The position numbers and the translations under genes were made by a program. A model generated the notes under the pieces. It did no database searches and was not told the origin of the DNA. It saw nothing but the letters and a program-made list of their open reading frames with translations. Source: Burkholderiales bacterium (lineage in GTDB: Bacteria > Pseudomonadota > Gammaproteobacteria > Burkholderiales > SG8-41). From it: DNA of 64,000 nucleotides. The stretch is taken from the NCBI GenBank assembly GCA_035259205.1, contig DATFWO010000318.1, forward strand, positions 7,954 through 71,953, given 5' to 3'. Shown piece after piece: positions 44,074 to 52,295 of the stretch (its first letter is position 1; each line of letters begins with the position of its first letter).

Positions 44074-46017
44074 TTACCGGCGGGAAACGACATGGAAATT
44101 CGACGCGTGGACGTACTCGAACCGGCGCGCTATCTCGTAATCCATCGCGGCGAGGTACGATCGGAAGCGTTCGACGTTCGCGTTCGCCACTTCGACGAGC
44201 ATCGGCGGCCGGTGTGCCGCGACTAGCCGGCGCCCTCCTTGCAGGACCTCGATTTCCATGCCCTCGGCATCGATCTTCAGGAAATTGACCGGGCCTTCGA
44301 CAAGTTCATCCAGCGGCCATGCCTCGACGCCTGTCGCGTCGAGGCTCGGAGTCAGGCAGGTTGCCCCGAGGTTGTCCGCCTCCTTGGACACCAGTTTGAA
44401 CTGCCCGCGCCGATCCGCCGCCGCGACACGACGGATGGTCACGGCGGCGCCGTCCAGCCCATTCGCCCGGAGATTCGCCTCGAGCAGCGCGACCGCCGCC
44501 GGGTTGGGCTCTACGAGCAGCATCGATGACGGGCTGGTGAAGAGCCCCAGGAACACCGCGTGATTCCCGACGTGGGCGCCGACCTCCACGATACGCGCGC
44601 CGGCGGGCACGTGCTCGCGCAGGTAACGCAGCTCCGCAGCCTCGAAGAACCCTCCGGCGATGAAATGGCGGTCGATCGAGTCGCGCGGGTTTCCCACGTG
44701 GAATGTAATCTCGCGTCCCTCGAACGGGAAGCTGCAAGGTGCCGTGCGCCCGCGGAACCACGCCCGGATCCGGGCTTCCGCCGCGTCGCTCCATTGTGCC
44801 CCGGACGCCGACCGCGGCCCGACCGAGTGCCTGCCCCTGCGGTTGTGAAAGAGCGGCCGGGGCAGCTTCAGGCAGCGCGCGGAGTCCCACACGCGCAGGT
44901 AGTAGTCGAAATCCTCTCCCGCATCCAGGGACTCGTCGAACAGATGGTGCGACGCAATCCCCGTGCGCACAAAGTGCCCCATCTGCAGCGTGAGCGAAGG
45001 GTGCAGGAACAGCACGTCAGAGAGGCTTGCCGAGCACCAGAGCTGGTCGGCGCGAAGGATCGCGTCGGCGGGACGATCCCGAAACGTGGAAATTGCGCCC
45101 CAGATGGCATCGTGCTCGGCGAGATACGGAGCAACGACCGCGAACGCGTCCGCGCTCATCGTGTCGTCCGCATCGAGAAAGAACACGTAGTCGAAGCCCT
45201 CGGCCGCCGCCTGCCGCGTGCCCTCGTTGCGAGCCCGCGAACGGCCCAGCGCGCCTTGTCGGTCGTCGATGCGAAGATGGCGCACCTCGGCAAAACGCCC
45301 TGGGTCGGCAACGAACGCGCACTCTACCGACCGCGCACATTCATCCGCCAAATCCACGTGGCCGGGACCCACGGGCGTGATCACGGCGCACCGCAGGTCG
45401 CGCGCCGCTGCGTCGAGACGGGCCGTCACACACGGGTCCGGCGCCCGCCCCAGGCGCCGCAGCGCCTCCCGGCGGTTGTAGGCCGCCTCGACAAAGGACG
45501 GTGCTTGAGCGAGGGCCGCGTCGAACTCGGCGAGTGCCGCTGCGACTTCCCCGCGCTCAAGCAGTGCGCCACCGAGGGCGTTATGTGCGGCAGGCAGTAC
45601 CGGGTTCAAGCGCAGTGCGCGGCGCCAGCACTCCCCGGCCATTTCGAATTCACCGCACTCGCGCAGAGATGCGCCCAAAGCCGCGAGCATCTGGGCATCC
45701 GCACTCGGCAATCGTAATGCCGCTACCAACGCGGCGCGCGCCTCGGACAGTTTGCCGGTCTTGAGCAGGACCGAGCCCTGGAAAAAGCGGACCACCGCGC
45801 TCTCCCCGCCCAGGCGCAGAGCGTCGCCGGCGAGGCGCGCCGCGACCGCATAGTTGCCCACCTGATCGGCGATGACGGCGAGCATGTACGTCGCGCCGGC
45901 ATGGCGGGGATTCCATTCGATGGCCTTGCGATACAGGGTCTCGGCCTCGCGCAGCCGGCCTGCCTGGTGCGCCCGCAGCGCGCGTTGATACGGCGAATCG
46001 GCCGGACGTCTTGTCAT
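44074..46017 (-). CDS. Triple-fusion protein: TPR repeats, family-2 glycosyltransferase and FkbM-type methyltransferase
   Basis: N-terminal TPR region (AETLYRKAIEWNPRHAGA and following). GT2 core ITPVGPG ... VFFLDADD. C-terminal FkbM-like VEVGAHVGNHAVFLG ... FLKIDAEGMEIEVLQG. Confidence 0.7.
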   Translation of the reverse strand: MTRRPADSPYQRALRAHQAGRLREAETLYRKAIEWNPRHAGATYMLAVIADQVGNYAVAARLAGDALRLGGESAVVRFFQGSVLLKTGKLSEARAALVAALRLPSADAQMLAALGASLRECGEFEMAGECWRRALRLNPVLPAAHNALGGALLERGEVAAALAEFDAALAQAPSFVEAAYNRREALRRLGRAPDPCVTARLDAAARDLRCAVITPVGPGHVDLADECARSVECAFVADPGRFAEVRHLRIDDRQGALGRSRARNEGTRQAAAEGFDYVFFLDADDTMSADAFAVVAPYLAEHDAIWGAISTFRDRPADAILRADQLWCSASLSDVLFLHPSLTLQMGHFVRTGIASHHLFDESLDAGEDFDYYLRVWDSARCLKLPRPLFHNRRGRHSVGPRSASGAQWSDAAEARIRAWFRGRTAPCSFPFEGREITFHVGNPRDSIDRHFIAGGFFEAAELRYLREHVPAGARIVEVGAHVGNHAVFLGLFTSPSSMLLVEPNPAAVALLEANLRANGLDGAAVTIRRVAAADRRGQFKLVSKEADNLGATCLTPSLDATGVEAWPLDELVEGPVNFLKIDAEGMEIEVLQGGRRLVAAHRPPMLVEVANANVERFRSYLAAMDYEIARRFEYVHASNFHVVSRR

Positions 46018-46105
46018 GGCAGAACTTGATTTAAAACGCGAATCGCACCAGCGAGCGGGCCGTTATTGTATAGGGGAGTCAGGGGTTTCAGGGTGTGGCC
46101 GACTT

Positions 46106-47677
46106 ATGGCAGAGTTACGCGATAACCACGCCAACGGCCGATCGGCGAGGGAGCAGCGTGTGAGCAGACCGGTAGCCGGCGCGGGAATGCGGCATCAAGT
46201 CGCCCGGTTCCTCGAACGGGCCCAGGCACAATTTCAGGCGGCGGCCTACCGGGAGGCCGGCGATATCGCCCAGCGGGTCCTGGCACTCGACGCGAACAAC
46301 GCGGAGGCCTATCACCTGCTCGGGGCGATCGCGCACCGGGAAGAGCGGTTTGCCGAGGCGGAGGCCCTGCTCGACAAGGCCATCAGTCTCAACCGCCGCT
46401 CTCCGTACTTCCGGCATAGCTTGGGAAACGTCTATCGCGCGCAGGGAAAGTTCGAAGCGGCGGAGGCTGCGTACCGCCAGGCGCTGAAGCTCGATCCCGG
46501 GCTGTCGGCCGCGTACCTCGGCCTGGCCACGGCATTGCGAACGCTCGGCCGGTCGCGTGATGCGGTCGTGTACCTGGAGCGGTATCTGCAGCGTGAACCG
46601 AACGATGCAGAGGCCTACAACGAACTGGGGCTGAACTACCTGGAGCTGGGAAGGCTTGATCTGGCTGTCGAGCAGTTGCGGGCGGCATTGAGACTCAACC
46701 CCGCTCACAAGGCCGCCCGGGACAATATCGCGCTGGTCCTCCTCCTCGCCGAAAACTTCCGGGAGGGGTGGCCCGCTTGGCTGCGCAGCCTGACGGAACT
46801 TCCTTTTCCGCATCCGTCTACCGCGACTGCGCCGTTCGAAGGCAGGCGCGTCCTCATCCATGGCAGCATGGGTGTGGGCGACGAAATCATGTACGCTTCC
46901 TGCCTTCCCGCGCTCACTCCGCATGCCGAGGAAGTCACGCTGCATTGCGACCGCAGGCTGGCGCCCCTCTTCGAGCGCTCTTTCCCGTCCGTGCGCACGG
47001 TTGGCGTGGATAGGCAAGGTCATACGCAGCACGTTATCGGCATTCTGGCGCCGGATGAAATCCACATCGCGGGTTCTTTCCTGCCTGCTTACTTCCCGCC
47101 GAACATCGAACGCTTCGCGCGGCGCAGATCTTTCCTCGTGGCCGACCCGGCGCAGGTCGCCGAGTGGCGCAAACGGTTTGACGGACTCGGTACGGGACTC
47201 AGGATCGGCCTGTCGTGGCGGGGCGGCGCCGATCCCGTCAATCGCCGTCAGCGGTCCATTCCGCTTGCGGCATGGGGCTCCATTCTTGCCGTTCGGGGCG
47301 TTCACTTCGTCAACCTCCAGTATGGGGATGTGGACGGGGAGATCGAGGAGGCGCGGCTCGCGGTGCCGATTAACCGCTGGCGCGATGCGAACCCGCTCGC
47401 CGATCTCGACTTCTTCGCCGCCCAGATCGCGGCGCTGGACCTCGTCATCTCGGTGGACAACACGACCGTCCACATGGCCGGCGCGCTCGGGATAGCCACG
47501 TGGGCACTGCTGCCGAAAGTGCCGGATTGGCGGTGGACGATGGCGGGGACGACGACCCACTGGTACCCGTCCGTGCGCCTCTTGCGTCAGCAGGAAGCGG
47601 GCCGGTGGGAAGGCGTGATGCAGGAAGTGGCAACGAGACTCGAAAGTTGTGTCGCTGCAGGGCTCGTCGATACCTAG
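46106..47677 (+). CDS. TPR-repeat protein with a C-terminal GT9 (heptosyltransferase-like) glycosyltransferase fold
   Basis: TPR region (NAEAYHLLGAIAHRE, AEAAYRQALKLDP, AEAYNELGLNYLE). C-terminal RIGLSWRGG ... FVNLQYGD ... ISVDNTTVHMAGALG. The start is uncertain (ATG at 46106 or 46187); the ORF-track start at 46016 would overlap the divergent gene's start codon. Confidence 0.6.
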   Translation: MAELRDNHANGRSAREQRVSRPVAGAGMRHQVARFLERAQAQFQAAAYREAGDIAQRVLALDANNAEAYHLLGAIAHREERFAEAEALLDKAISLNRRSPYFRHSLGNVYRAQGKFEAAEAAYRQALKLDPGLSAAYLGLATALRTLGRSRDAVVYLERYLQREPNDAEAYNELGLNYLELGRLDLAVEQLRAALRLNPAHKAARDNIALVLLLAENFREGWPAWLRSLTELPFPHPSTATAPFEGRRVLIHGSMGVGDEIMYASCLPALTPHAEEVTLHCDRRLAPLFERSFPSVRTVGVDRQGHTQHVIGILAPDEIHIAGSFLPAYFPPNIERFARRRSFLVADPAQVAEWRKRFDGLGTGLRIGLSWRGGADPVNRRQRSIPLAAWGSILAVRGVHFVNLQYGDVDGEIEEARLAVPINRWRDANPLADLDFFAAQIAALDLVISVDNTTVHMAGALGIATWALLPKVPDWRWTMAGTTTHWYPSVRLLRQQEAGRWEGVMQEVATRLESCVAAGLVDT

Positions 47678-47892
47678 TCCGGTAACGAAATCGCTTCGTT
47701 GGCGGTATTCGTCGGTAGATTGTCGCTTAATTGCGGATGTTTGCTGATTGAGGAAGCGGTATAGCTTAGGCTAGCACCGCGGCGCGCGACGGTGGTATAA
47801 CTGGCCGGTCCTGGAGTTCACGAAATGCGCCATCTGCTCCTCGATCGTCGGCAGGCACGCGGCTCGGGGCGGCGGTCGGCGACTCGATAAAC

Positions 47893-49122
47893 ATGCGATC
47901 GCTCTTGCTCGATTTCTCGCTGGCGTTGCGTAATGTCCTGCGCCACCGGCGCCGCAGTGCCGTGGCGATCGGCGCCGTCGCGTTCGGCATCATGGCGCTC
48001 CTGATCGCAGGCGGTTTCATCGAGTGGATCTTCCAGGATCTTCGCGAGTCCACGATCCAGTCGCAACTGGGCCATTTGCAGATCGCCAGGCCGGGGTATC
48101 ACGACGCCGGCAAGGCCGATCCCTACGCGTATCTGTTGCCCGATGAGATCCCGCAGTTCGAGACGCCGAACGAGTCGCGGCGCATCAAGACTGTGGCCCC
48201 ACGCTTGTCCTTCAGCGGGCTTGCCAGCCACGGCGACGCGAGCGTTTCGTTCATCGGCGACGGCGTCAGTCCGCGGGATGAAGCCCTGTTCGGCCGGGGC
48301 GTGCTGATCACCGCGGGCAGGAATCTTGCGCCGGACGAGCCGCTCACCGTGATCATGGGGGAGGGACTCGCGCGCAACCTCGGAGTGAAGATCGGCGACA
48401 AGGTCGTGCTCCTCGTCAATACCGCGACCGGGGGCACCAACGGGGTCGAGCTGACCGTGACCGGCCTGTTTGCTACGGTCAGCAAGGCCTACGACGATGC
48501 GGCGCTGCGCATGCCCATCGCGACGGCGCGCACGCTGCTGCGCACGAAGGGCTCGCACGTCTGGGTCGTGCTGCTGAACGAAACCGCCGCTACCGACGGC
48601 ATGCTCGCGCGGCTGAGCGCCGCGCTGCCGAAGGACCAGTTCGAGGTTGTGCCGTGGCACCAGCTCGCGGACTTCTACAACAAGATGAAACGGCTTTTCA
48701 CCCAGCAGGTCCACGGCGTGCGCCTGATCATCGCGCTGATCATCCTGCTCAGCATCTCGAACACCATGACGATGAGCGTGCTCGAGCGGATCAGCGAGAT
48801 CGGGACGTCCATGGCGCTCGGGAGCAAGCGCGTCGGCGTCCTGCGCCAGTTCGTCGGCGAAGGCGTGCTGCTCGGCTGTTTCGGCGGGTTGCTGGGCTTG
48901 CTGGTGGGCACCGCGCTGGCCGCCACGATCTCGGCCATCGGCATTCCGATGCCGCCGCCGCCCGGCCTGTCGTACGGCTTGACCGGCCAGATCATCGTGA
49001 CCTGGCAAATTGCGCTCGAGGCGCTGCTCCTCGCGATCGCCACGACGCTCGTCGGCAGCATGTACCCGGCCTGGACCGCGTCGCGCAAGCAGATCGTGGA
49101 CGCGCTGCGTCACAGCCGCTGA
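47893..49122 (+). CDS. ABC transporter permease (FtsX/MacB-LolC type), subunit 1
   Basis: N-terminal LALRNVLRHRRRSAVAIGAVAFG, a large periplasmic loop and three C-terminal TM helices with the FtsX signature (ISEIGTSMALGSKR). Confidence 0.8.
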   Translation: MRSLLLDFSLALRNVLRHRRRSAVAIGAVAFGIMALLIAGGFIEWIFQDLRESTIQSQLGHLQIARPGYHDAGKADPYAYLLPDEIPQFETPNESRRIKTVAPRLSFSGLASHGDASVSFIGDGVSPRDEALFGRGVLITAGRNLAPDEPLTVIMGEGLARNLGVKIGDKVVLLVNTATGGTNGVELTVTGLFATVSKAYDDAALRMPIATARTLLRTKGSHVWVVLLNETAATDGMLARLSAALPKDQFEVVPWHQLADFYNKMKRLFTQQVHGVRLIIALIILLSISNTMTMSVLERISEIGTSMALGSKRVGVLRQFVGEGVLLGCFGGLLGLLVGTALAATISAIGIPMPPPPGLSYGLTGQIIVTWQIALEALLLAIATTLVGSMYPAWTASRKQIVDALRHSR

Positions 49123-49135
49123 TCCCGGCATCGCC

Positions 49136-50347
49136 ATGATTTCCCTCGCGCTGCGCAATGTCCTTCGCCAGAAGGCGCATACCGCGATGACGCTGACGGC
49201 GATCAGCTTCGGCGTGATCGGCCTCGTGCTCGCGGGCGGATGGGTGAACGACATCTTCGTGCAGCTCGGCGAGGTGCTCATCCACTCGCAATCCGGGCAC
49301 CTGCAGGTCTACCGGAGCGGCTTCTACGCATCCGGCGCGCGCAGTCCCGAGAAATACCTGATCGCCGACCCGGAGCCGGTCAAGCAGCGCATCGCGGGCA
49401 TCGCGGGCGTCCAGAGCGTGATGGCGCGGCTTAACTTCTCGGGTCTCATCAACACCGGGCGCAGCGACCTGCCGATCATCGGCGAAGGGGTGGAGCCCGG
49501 CAAGGAAGCCGAGCTCGGCGCCTCGCTTAGAATTACCGCGGGACGCCAGCTCGCGGACAAGGACGCGTTCGGCATCTTGATCGGCTCCGGCGTCGCGCAC
49601 GCGCTCAAGCTCAAGCCCGGAGACCGGGTAACGCTGCTTGCCAACACGCCCGAGGGCGCGCTGAACAGCCTGGACCCGGAGGTGATCGGCGTATTCCAGA
49701 GCTTCTCCAACGATTACGACGCCCGCGCGGTGAAGATTCCGCTCGCCGCGGCCCAAGAGCTGCTCGGAACCCGGGGCGCCAATGCGCTCGTCGTCACCCT
49801 CGGGAAAACGGCGGACACGGATCGCGTCGCGACGTCGTTGAAGAAGCAGCTGGGTAAGGAGGGCATGGAGATCAAGACCTGGATCGAGCTAAACGATTTC
49901 TACGAAAAAACCGTCCAGCTCTACAAGCGCCAGTTCGGCTTCCTGCAGCTCATCATACTCATCATGGTGCTGCTGAGCGTGACCAACAGCGTGAACATGA
50001 GCGTTTTCGAGCGCGTGGGCGAGTTCGGCACCATGATGGCGCTCGGCAACCGCAGCGGCGAGGTGTTTCGGCTGATCGTGACCGAAGCCGTCGTGCTCGG
50101 GCTCGTCGGGGGCATATTGGGTGTGCTGCTCGGCGTGGCACTGGCGCTCGCCATTTCGGCTGTCGGCATTCCGATGCCGCCGCCGCCGAACGCGAACATG
50201 GGCTATACAGCCCACATCCAGGTGATTCCCCGGTCGCTCGTGGTGGCCTTCTTCATCGGCTTCAGCGCGACGGTCCTGGCAGTGCTGATGCCCGCCAGAC
50301 GCGTGACGCGTATAGAGGTGGTCGAGGCGCTGCGGCAAAATATCTAG
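49136..50347 (+). CDS. ABC transporter permease (FtsX/MacB-LolC type), subunit 2
   Basis: MISLALRNVLRQKAHTAMTL and the FtsX C-terminal domain (VGEFGTMMALGNRS). The internal ATG lies 14 nt after the upstream stop. Confidence 0.8.
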   Translation: MISLALRNVLRQKAHTAMTLTAISFGVIGLVLAGGWVNDIFVQLGEVLIHSQSGHLQVYRSGFYASGARSPEKYLIADPEPVKQRIAGIAGVQSVMARLNFSGLINTGRSDLPIIGEGVEPGKEAELGASLRITAGRQLADKDAFGILIGSGVAHALKLKPGDRVTLLANTPEGALNSLDPEVIGVFQSFSNDYDARAVKIPLAAAQELLGTRGANALVVTLGKTADTDRVATSLKKQLGKEGMEIKTWIELNDFYEKTVQLYKRQFGFLQLIILIMVLLSVTNSVNMSVFERVGEFGTMMALGNRSGEVFRLIVTEAVVLGLVGGILGVLLGVALALAISAVGIPMPPPPNANMGYTAHIQVIPRSLVVAFFIGFSATVLAVLMPARRVTRIEVVEALRQNI

Positions 50348-50363
50348 CGCGCTGCGGAGCCGA

Positions 50364-51974
50364 TCAGAACGAGTAGCGCAGCTCGGCGTAGACCCGGTCG
50401 TTGTTGTCGTAGCGGCCGAATAGCCCTATCGGCGGACCACCGAAAATGTCGGCCCCCGCCGACAGGCGCCAGTTCTTTTCGAACGTCCAGGTGACTTTCG
50501 GCCGGACCAGCCAGTCGCTGCGATTGAGGCTGTGGGCGAGCAGCAGCCGCCCTTCCACATTGTTGGCAAGCTTGACGGCGTCGAAGAGCACGCTCAGGCC
50601 GGTCTCGTACTTGTCGAGCAAGGTGTCGGCGTCGTGATCGAGGAAGGCGCGCTGGAAGACCTGCAAGTTGAGCCGCGCGTCCTTCGGCAGGGCGAAATCG
50701 AGCCCGATCGCCCAGTCGATAGTGTCCTGCTCGACGAGGCCATTGGGCTGGGTGAGACGAGTCACGTTGAACTGGCGGCCGTTGGTGTAGACCGCCTCGG
50801 CTTTGAACACGAAGCTCTGGAGATCCTTGGAAACGGTGCCGCCGAACTGGTTGATCTTGTCGTGCCGCGCCTGATAGAGGAACACCGGCGCTCCCGGCGC
50901 GACGCCGGGTACCAGCGGCAATCCCGGCGCCGGCGCAGCCAGGACTTGCCGGTAAAAGGTGGGAGTGATGTCGAGGCTGTGGTAGTAGAAAGCCGACATG
51001 TCCCAGCCGCTCTTCAGCGCGGACAGGCGCGCGCCGTAATTCGTATTCGAAAGGCCGCGGGCAGGCGTATCCTCGCCGAGGAATTGGCTGCCGCCCGGCC
51101 CCGGGATCGGATACGGATAGAAATCCGCCCCCGCCGCTCCCTTGACCCCGTTAATGCCGGGCTTGCCGATATTGTCGAAGGTCGGGACCGGAATCCACAG
51201 GAGCTCGGCCTTCATGTCCTTGCCGAAATATTCCGCGCGCGCGGCCCATTGCGGGGTGCGCAGTACCTGGAGCTCGGGTTCGGGCAGGATGAATTCCCGC
51301 ATATCCCGCGCCGACACGACGTCGGCTATGAACACTCCGACCATCTCGCCCCACACCACGTGCTGCCGGCCGAGGCGGATTTCCCAGTTGCCGCGGGTCG
51401 AAATGTCGAGGTAGTTTTCGCGCAAGGTGAACTCGTAGCGCTGATCGCGGCGCACGTCAGGCGCGTAGAAGTCCAGCAGATCGTAGGCGGCGTCATAGTC
51501 CGCCCGGCCGCCGATCTTCCACTTCACGTTTTCGCTGAACTGTCCCTGGCGGGTCACATCGGCCCGCAACCGCAACTTGGACCAATGCTCCGGATCGCGA
51601 TAGGCGCGCGCTACTTCGCCCTGGATGAAGCCTCTCCAAGCGGACCCGGGCTGCGGTTTGCCCGCTGGAGGGGGGGCATCGTCGCCGAACAGGGAATCGC
51701 GCGTCGTCGGCTGCGGTTTTTGCGCCGGAGGCGCATCGTCCTCGAACAGGGAGTCGCGCGTCCCCGGCTTGGCGGCTTGGGCGATGACCTTGGGAGTCGT
51801 GGAATCAGCGGAGCGCGCTTCCTCGACAGGCGGCGGGAAAGCTTCCGCGAACGAGCCCGCTGCGGTGAACGCCATTGCACAGGCAGCCAGAGCAGGGAGG
51901 CCGGCACATCGCCGCGCCACAGCGCTCTCTCGATCGGCCCGTGTTCGCCTCATCCGAAATTTTCCATTCCGCAA
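50364..51974 (-). CDS. Outer-membrane beta-barrel protein (DUF1302-like)
   Basis: Signal peptide ending SFAEA. An N-terminal tandem repeat, then alternating beta-strand pattern and a terminal YAELRYSF (C-terminal Phe). WRGFIQGEVARAYRDP ... KIGGRADYDAAYDL resembles DUF1302. Confidence 0.6.
   Translation of the reverse strand: MRNGKFRMRRTRADRESAVARRCAGLPALAACAMAFTAAGSFAEAFPPPVEEARSADSTTPKVIAQAAKPGTRDSLFEDDAPPAQKPQPTTRDSLFGDDAPPPAGKPQPGSAWRGFIQGEVARAYRDPEHWSKLRLRADVTRQGQFSENVKWKIGGRADYDAAYDLLDFYAPDVRRDQRYEFTLRENYLDISTRGNWEIRLGRQHVVWGEMVGVFIADVVSARDMREFILPEPELQVLRTPQWAARAEYFGKDMKAELLWIPVPTFDNIGKPGINGVKGAAGADFYPYPIPGPGGSQFLGEDTPARGLSNTNYGARLSALKSGWDMSAFYYHSLDITPTFYRQVLAAPAPGLPLVPGVAPGAPVFLYQARHDKINQFGGTVSKDLQSFVFKAEAVYTNGRQFNVTRLTQPNGLVEQDTIDWAIGLDFALPKDARLNLQVFQRAFLDHDADTLLDKYETGLSVLFDAVKLANNVEGRLLLAHSLNRSDWLVRPKVTWTFEKNWRLSAGADIFGGPPIGLFGRYDNNDRVYAELRYSF
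51648..51761 (-). repeat. In-frame tandem duplication (2 x 19 aa) in the barrel protein's N-terminal region
   Basis: TRDSLFEDDAPPAQKPQPT followed by TRDSLFGDDAPPPAGKPQP. The repeat is also visible at the DNA level. Confidence 0.7.
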
Positions 51975-52295
51975 GCCGCTAAAGCTCGTTATCAGCCGGT
52001 CGAGCTAATGCGATGATTTAACACAAAGTTGTTGAAAAGCCCAGCGTTTCTTGATGAATTCGGAGGTCTGTGCCAGGGCTGTTGTCTTTTTGCAACCCGA
52101 AGCTCCCATCGGGCTCCCGAGGGAAGGACGGCGGACGCCGCCTGGTCGATGGGAAGCGGAGGGACATCGTGGCGGCATATGACGGATAGAATCGCCTTCG
52201 TTGCGGCGACTTCCGACGATGCGTTGTAACATTAGCCGCTTACAGGGGATTTCCATACAAGATCGATATCCTGGCGGTCGTCACGGCCGGACTGA

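Noticed and set aside
46115-49281. Antisense ORFs 46115..47560 (-) and 47818..49281 (-)
   Set aside because: These are shadows of the TPR/GT9 and FtsX permease genes, with no motifs and biased composition.
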